Source of the DNA: Sedimentisphaera cyanobacteriorum
Lineage (GTDB): Bacteria > Planctomycetota > Phycisphaerae > Sedimentisphaerales > Sedimentisphaeraceae
DNA length: 32,000 nt
NCBI RefSeq assembly: GCF_001997385.1
Contig: NZ_CP019633.1
Location: forward strand, 2,700,001 to 2,732,000
Reading direction: 5' to 3'
A model generated the notes under the pieces. The model had not been told where the DNA came from and did no database searches. It saw only the letters and a program-made list of their open reading frames with translations. A program made the position numbers and the translations under genes. Shown here one piece after another: positions 27,394-32,000 of this stretch (positions within the stretch are counted from its first letter, which is position 1; the number at the start of each line of letters is the position of its first letter).

Positions 27394-29031
27394 TTAAATA
27401 TCTGCCTGCCACTGCGGCTTATAAGGCCAAGGAAGAACATCTGCTCTTTTTGCCCATTTGTGCCATTTTTCAGTAAGCTCTTTTACCTTGTCTGGTTTTG
27501 CTTCAGCAAGGTTACTGAGCTCTGTTCTGTCATTTTCCAAGTCGTAAAGTTCGACTTTGCCCTTCGGCCCGTCGCAAACGAGCTTCCACTTGTCCTCACG
27601 TATTGCCCAGTTGCCTTCATGCTCCCAGAAAATTGGATTTTCCCGTTTTATCTCGCTGCCGTCAAATGCCGGCTTCAGGCTCGTTCCTTCCATAGGTTTT
27701 ATTTCGTTCCCGCCGAATTTTTTCGGATAGAAACCCCTTCCAACATCAACTGCAGTTGCCATTATATCAGCAACGTGCCCTGGTGTATGGTTGAGCTGTC
27801 CTCCATTTTTAATTACCTCAGGCCAGTGGGCTATCAGCGGGGTTGCGATGCCCCCTTCGTGAGTCCATTTCTTGTATTTCCTGAACGGCGTATTTGAAAC
27901 GTTCGCCCAAGCCATCCCCTGGCTTGACGAACGCCCGGAATCCTTCCTCCACTGCCTGAAATTTTCAATTCGGTTCTCTCTGAAGCGGTACCCGAACATC
28001 TTTCTTTCCGGCTCTGCGCTGCAGCCGTTATCTGAGAGGAAAAGCACAAGCGTGTTTTCGAGTTCACCCTTCTCTTCGAGCTTCTTTATAAGCCTTCCGA
28101 TATTCTGGTCCATATTATCAATCTGGGCGGCATATATCGCACGCCTGAAATCAAGGTTCTTGCGGTCGTCTTCTGAGAGACTTTCCCATTCGGGTGCATC
28201 GCTTTTTGAGAGCTGCCAGTTTTCTTTTATTATCCCCAGCTTCTTCATCCTCTCAATTTTATCTTTGCGAAGTGCTTCCCAGCCATGCATATATTTTCCG
28301 CGGTATTTTTGAATAGTTTTATCCGGCGCTTCAAGAGGCCAATGCGGTGCATTGTAGGCTGCATACAGAAAGAAGGGTTTGTCCTTTTCCGCCTCGTCTA
28401 AGAATTTGATAGCGTGGTCGGTAAATACGTTTGTGGTGTACCATTCCTGATCGGGATGAAGCCTGTTGGCAGGGGTGTCTGCGGCCTTAATAACCTTCCG
28501 GCCGTTTTTATAAACATCGCAGCCCTTGAGCACCTTGAAGTAGCTGTCAACATGCAGATGTATCCCGTAGAACTTATCGAATCCTCTGTTTGAAGGCCAA
28601 ACGTCTTCGGAATGGCCAACGTGCCATTTGCCTGACATCATAGTTTGATAGCCCGAATTCTTCATTACCTCGCCCAGGGTTACGCACTGCTTGTTGAGCT
28701 TGCCGTGATAGCCTTTGCCCTGGTCTCTGTAAACCATATGCCCCACATCGGCCTGATGCGGATAGAGGCCTGTAAGAAGGCTTGCTCTGGTGGGACAGCA
28801 GCGGGCGGCATTGTAAAACTGCGTAAATCTCAGCCCATTTCCTGCGAGCCTGTCGAGATTGGGTGTTTCGATCTCGCCCCCGTAGCAGCCGATATCGCTG
28901 TAGCCCATATCATCCGCCATAATCAGAAGGATGTTTGGTTTTTTCTTTCTCTTCTCGGCTAATGACAAGCCTGCAGTCAAGCTGATTGAAGATAATGCGC
29001 AGCCTGCTAAAAATGTCCTTCTTTTCATCAA
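27394..29031 (-). CDS. Arylsulfatase (S1 formylglycine-dependent sulfatase), Tat signal
   Basis: It has the twin-arginine signal MMKRRTFLAG, then ILLIMADDMGYSDIGCYG and the Cys-type FGly motif CCPTRASLLTG. It is 545 aa. Confidence 0.92.
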   Translation of the reverse strand: MMKRRTFLAGCALSSISLTAGLSLAEKRKKKPNILLIMADDMGYSDIGCYGGEIETPNLDRLAGNGLRFTQFYNAARCCPTRASLLTGLYPHQADVGHMVYRDQGKGYHGKLNKQCVTLGEVMKNSGYQTMMSGKWHVGHSEDVWPSNRGFDKFYGIHLHVDSYFKVLKGCDVYKNGRKVIKAADTPANRLHPDQEWYTTNVFTDHAIKFLDEAEKDKPFFLYAAYNAPHWPLEAPDKTIQKYRGKYMHGWEALRKDKIERMKKLGIIKENWQLSKSDAPEWESLSEDDRKNLDFRRAIYAAQIDNMDQNIGRLIKKLEEKGELENTLVLFLSDNGCSAEPERKMFGYRFRENRIENFRQWRKDSGRSSSQGMAWANVSNTPFRKYKKWTHEGGIATPLIAHWPEVIKNGGQLNHTPGHVADIMATAVDVGRGFYPKKFGGNEIKPMEGTSLKPAFDGSEIKRENPIFWEHEGNWAIREDKWKLVCDGPKGKVELYDLENDRTELSNLAEAKPDKVKELTEKWHKWAKRADVLPWPYKPQWQADI

Positions 29032-29129
29032 AACCTCAAATTAAATCCGCAATTTTTCAAGTCAAGAATCAATAAGTGAACTAACTTATTCTTACATACT
29101 ATATATAACTCCAACCGTTATTTTTTTAC

Positions 29130-29169
29130 AAAAAAAAATGAGCCTTCCGGCAATAAATCCGAAAGGCTC
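29130..29169 (-). terminator. Rho-independent terminator after the PEP-CTERM gene
   Basis: On the - strand the hairpin gagcctttcgg / ccggaaggctc pairs at 10 of 11 positions with an 8-nt loop. After one intervening A, a 9-U tract follows (A run at 29130-29138 on the + strand). It lies 26 nt past the stop at 29195. Confidence 0.8.
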
Positions 29170-29194
29170 GTTTAGTGAAGATTTGCAGTGAATA

Positions 29195-30130
29195 TCAGAG
29201 TTTTCTTCTCAGAGCGATTGCACCTAAGCCGATTAGAGCTATTGTTGCCGGCTCGGGCACATTATGGAACACTGATACATCGCTGTCGGTAAGGGCGGTG
29301 CCGCCATCATCGTTCGGGTAAGCTGTTCCGTCGTCTTCTCCAATAGTATCCATCCAGTCGCTTATTTTCAGCGAAGTGGTTCGATTAAGAAGAAGATCGC
29401 TTGAGGTTTCCAGAGCTATAGCCCTGGCGTCGCTGGGGGCAAGGCCCGCTCCTTCAACCGTAAACTGCAGCACTTTAGTTACAGACTCCCCCTGTGCAAT
29501 GTCGCCAAAGTCGAACGTTGGTACAAGATAATCCCCCCAAGGCACTTTGTCCTGATCAGGATTGTCCGGCGTCCAGCAGTACCAAGCGAGCTGGTCGTGA
29601 TTCACTGCCACGATATGCGGCATCCTGTCTTCATAAACCCCGCTTGCAGAGCCGCCGTCAAGCCATGCGTTGTATGCAGTTAGGTCAACCGCAAATTCCG
29701 CTGTGAGTTTGGTGTCGTAGAGCTTGCCTGAATACGGCTCGGTTGCAGTGAGAGACTCGCCATGGCTGTTGGCACCGTCTCTCCATGTGCCTATTCCGGG
29801 CGTATCGTTTGTGATAGTAGCACGGATGTCAAAGCTTGTGATGTTATCCCCATCATACTGGAGATTTTCAGCGTAGCCTTCGATAGCCAGATAGCTTTCG
29901 TTTCCGCCGCCGAAGTTCGTAACGTTATCGTAGAACTCATGCGTTCGGGCCTCTTCAACCTGTGTGCTGCTGTCTTTGAACCACTGCCCCTGCTGGGCGT
30001 GTGGGTCTTCTGATGGGCCGGTATAGCTCGGGTACGGCTCAACAGGGGGCTTGGTGATCAGGAACGAGGGTGCCGCCGCCACCGCCCCAACTAAAGTGAA
30101 CAAGATTAGTGAAAATAGTGCTTTCTTCAT
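29195..30130 (-). CDS. PEP-CTERM sorting-domain secreted protein, N-terminal domain of unknown function
   Basis: I prefer the ATG at 30130 (AAAGGTG upstream, MKKALFSLILFTLVGAVAAA signal peptide) to the listed TTG at 30148. The C-terminus VPEPATIALIGLGAIALRRKL is the PEP motif plus a TM helix plus a basic tail. Confidence 0.75.
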   Translation of the reverse strand: MKKALFSLILFTLVGAVAAAPSFLITKPPVEPYPSYTGPSEDPHAQQGQWFKDSSTQVEEARTHEFYDNVTNFGGGNESYLAIEGYAENLQYDGDNITSFDIRATITNDTPGIGTWRDGANSHGESLTATEPYSGKLYDTKLTAEFAVDLTAYNAWLDGGSASGVYEDRMPHIVAVNHDQLAWYCWTPDNPDQDKVPWGDYLVPTFDFGDIAQGESVTKVLQFTVEGAGLAPSDARAIALETSSDLLLNRTTSLKISDWMDTIGEDDGTAYPNDDGGTALTDSDVSVFHNVPEPATIALIGLGAIALRRKL

Positions 30131-30399
30131 ACTTACACCTTTCAACAAAAAGTAACACTTAAAAGCATCCGCAACGCACGAACGCTAATGTTCCTGCTTT
30201 GCATCGGGTCTTGCTGAATGAGGTTAAGGAAAGCCATGTAAAAAACTCAAAGAATTCTCAACCTTTGAATAACAATGCTGCCGGCCAATATCTGACGCTG
30301 ACAGAAAACTTACAGCTAAGTAGCTTTCCTCATTATAAACTTATTTTTTCGGAGTCAAAGAGAAAATGTAAATTTACGAAAAATTTTAAATAAAGAGCC

Positions 30400-30413
30400 G
30401 TTAATATATTAAC
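30400..30413. promoter_or_regulatory. Perfect 14-bp palindrome GTTAATATATTAAC in a long AT-rich intergenic region
   Basis: It is exactly self-complementary. It sits in a stretch where TTAAT recurs about seven times within about 150 bp (30400-30560). Confidence 0.25.
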
Positions 30414-30704
30414 ATTTTTAATGAGCTGAAAACTTGTTAATTTCTGACGAGCGATAATAAAACATTTAATATGTCAGAAAAGATTAATTGGGGGAAACGC
30501 TGTTCCCTGCAAGACGCTGAAGAGCATCTCAGTTCTTTGAAAATACCTTTTTTAATAATATTCTGAACAAAAAAAGGTGTGCATGCTTTTGATTTTTAAA
30601 AAAATGTCAAAGTGCCGGCCTGTCTAAACATTACCTTACTATAAGACCCTGCGAGAAGTTATCGCTTGGTTGTGTAAATTGTATTACTTTTAAAGAGGTT
30701 TATT

Positions 30705-32000
30705 ATGAGAAAATTATTATTTGTTTTAGCGTTAGCTGCCTTGCCGGCGGCAGCTTTTGCCTTTGCAGGCATAAATGAGCTAATTACTCACAACGGCTTT
30801 GAAGAGCCCTACATTGAGGGCGGCGGTGTATGGGTAGATATCGTGGGCTGGGAAGACAAAAATGTTAATGGCCCGCTTGATTCCAAGCTTAACGATGACA
30901 CGATTCCGGGAGCCGAGTTCGACAATCAGGTGCTTAGGCTTAAGCCTAATTTCTACACCTCTCAAGCCACTGGCGCCAGCTGGAAAGCTGGAGACCAGCT
31001 TCTGCTGAGCTTTAACGGTATTGAAGCCCGCTGGAAAGCTGGCAGTCTTGGCAATGAGTTCGATGCGCTTATTGTGGATACGGCAAACTTCGATCAGGTA
31101 ACTGGTAATGGAATTTTGTGGAGTGAGCGAGTAAACCTTGACGGCGCAAATGATAAAGTATCCAATGCACCGGACTGGCTTGATAAGCAGACTTTCTCTT
31201 ATAAGATTGACACCACCCAGTTCCCGCAGGAATATGAGGGGGGAGAGCTTACCCTAAGGTTAGAGGCAATTGGCGGCATTTGTCAGGTTGACAATTTTTC
31301 ATTAGGTTTCACAGGCCAAGCCTACGGCGGTTCTTACCAGCAGCAGCCGGGAACAACCGGCATTGATGTTGACCTTAGCTGGATGGCCGGCACGGATTAT
31401 ATGAACCCGGGTTCGGGAAATGATGTAAATCCGGCAATAGTCGATCAGTACGTTTATGTATCAAACGCGCCAGACGCAGAGCCGAATTTTGTAGGCGCTG
31501 TTGGTGCAGACCCGGGGCAGGTTCCCGAAAGCACCTATCAGGTTACAGGTCTGGGATACGACACTGAATACCAGTGGCAGATTGTTGAGGTTCTCGATAC
31601 CGCGGTTGACCCGCTGCCTGACATAGGCGACGGGGTAAACGAGCTGCAGAACGCTTCTGTACCGGAGGCTTACATCCCGAGCGAAAAGTGGAGCTTTGTT
31701 ACTATGAGCGATGAGCCTGTATTTGAATCAATTTCTTCCAGCCCAGACTTCCCTGCAGCGGGAGATGATGTTACTGTATCGGCGGTTATTGAAAGCGCGT
31801 CTTCTGTGCTGGCTTCTGATATAAACTGGAGCTTTGGCGGGGTGCCGATTTCAGAATCTACATTTACAGACAATCAGGACGGGACATACACCACTTCTAT
31901 AACAGTTGAAGATGTTTCTCTTGCTGATTCAGGTGAATACACTTGCTCAATAACAGGATTCTCACAGATAAGCAAAGCGCTTAATATCAAGAGGATGCTC
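30705..32000 (+). CDS. Large secreted protein (3' truncated): signal peptide, CBM-like beta-sandwich, FN3-like and Ig-like modules
   Basis: This ORF is not in the supplied track because no stop falls in the window. I translated it by hand from the ATG at 30705 (AAGAGG 7 nt upstream), and it stays open for 432 codons to position 32000. It begins MRKLLFVLALAALPAAAFA. The segment NGFEEP...ICQVDNFSLGF resembles a CBM/galactose-binding-like module. The end has the Ig I-set-like hallmark LADSGEYTCSITG. Confidence 0.7.
   Translation, partial: MRKLLFVLALAALPAAAFAFAGINELITHNGFEEPYIEGGGVWVDIVGWEDKNVNGPLDSKLNDDTIPGAEFDNQVLRLKPNFYTSQATGASWKAGDQLLLSFNGIEARWKAGSLGNEFDALIVDTANFDQVTGNGILWSERVNLDGANDKVSNAPDWLDKQTFSYKIDTTQFPQEYEGGELTLRLEAIGGICQVDNFSLGFTGQAYGGSYQQQPGTTGIDVDLSWMAGTDYMNPGSGNDVNPAIVDQYVYVSNAPDAEPNFVGAVGADPGQVPESTYQVTGLGYDTEYQWQIVEVLDTAVDPLPDIGDGVNELQNASVPEAYIPSEKWSFVTMSDEPVFESISSSPDFPAAGDDVTVSAVIESASSVLASDINWSFGGVPISESTFTDNQDGTYTTSITVEDVSLADSGEYTCSITGFSQISKALNIKRML

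Noticed and set aside
27374-27412. Upstream start (27412) for the GH127-like gene, giving a 19-nt overlap with the sulfatase gene
   Set aside because: The extra 13 residues (MAGRYLINYERQK) would precede an otherwise textbook signal peptide that begins at the ATG at 27373. The shorter model is more plausible, though translational coupling via the overlap cannot be excluded.
30199-30393. 64-aa ORF in the long AT-rich spacer
   Set aside because: It has a TTG start and no Shine-Dalgarno sequence. Its Asn/Lys/Ser-rich composition is what AT-rich non-coding DNA would produce, and nothing suggests a real peptide.

Overview
The window is about 50% GC. Its gene content (Tat-signal sulfatase, GH127-like and GH32 enzymes, PEP-CTERM and dockerin-like secreted proteins, AKR/Fe-S fusion) suggests an anaerobic polysaccharide degrader of the PVC type (Phycisphaerae or Kiritimatiellota-like). 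That taxonomy is inference only.

Layout:
- 1-8 kb: core block rpoB (5' truncated), rpoC, rpsL, rpsG, then a terminator and tRNA-Pro(UGG).
- 8.3-17.8 kb: mixed housekeeping and orphan genes. These are an AKR-ferredoxin fusion translationally coupled to a sensor histidine kinase with no receiver, a stand-alone E2-type acyltransferase domain lacking its catalytic His, a CxC-motif permease, an unlinked topoisomerase VI B subunit, mnmG, and a canonical sirtuin.
- 17.8-32 kb: accessory glycan and surface region. It holds a GLUG-repeat/dockerin-like secreted protein and a fructan/sucrose locus (AraR-type chimeric regulator, MFS sugar porter, fructokinase, divergent secreted GH32 with a roughly 290-aa N-terminal extension). 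It also holds a sulfatase plus GH127-like operon, a PEP-CTERM protein, a 574-bp AT-rich non-coding region, and the start of a large secreted CBM/Ig-like protein.

I saw no CRISPR array, transposase, integrase, or recognisable defence genes. I cannot point to a convincing novel multi-gene system. The best leads are the orphan Top6B, the histidine-less stand-alone E2 domain, and the AKR-FeS/kinase pair. The uncharacterised secreted proteins and the palindromic control elements are further leads. All product calls come from motif recognition by eye and no searches were run.
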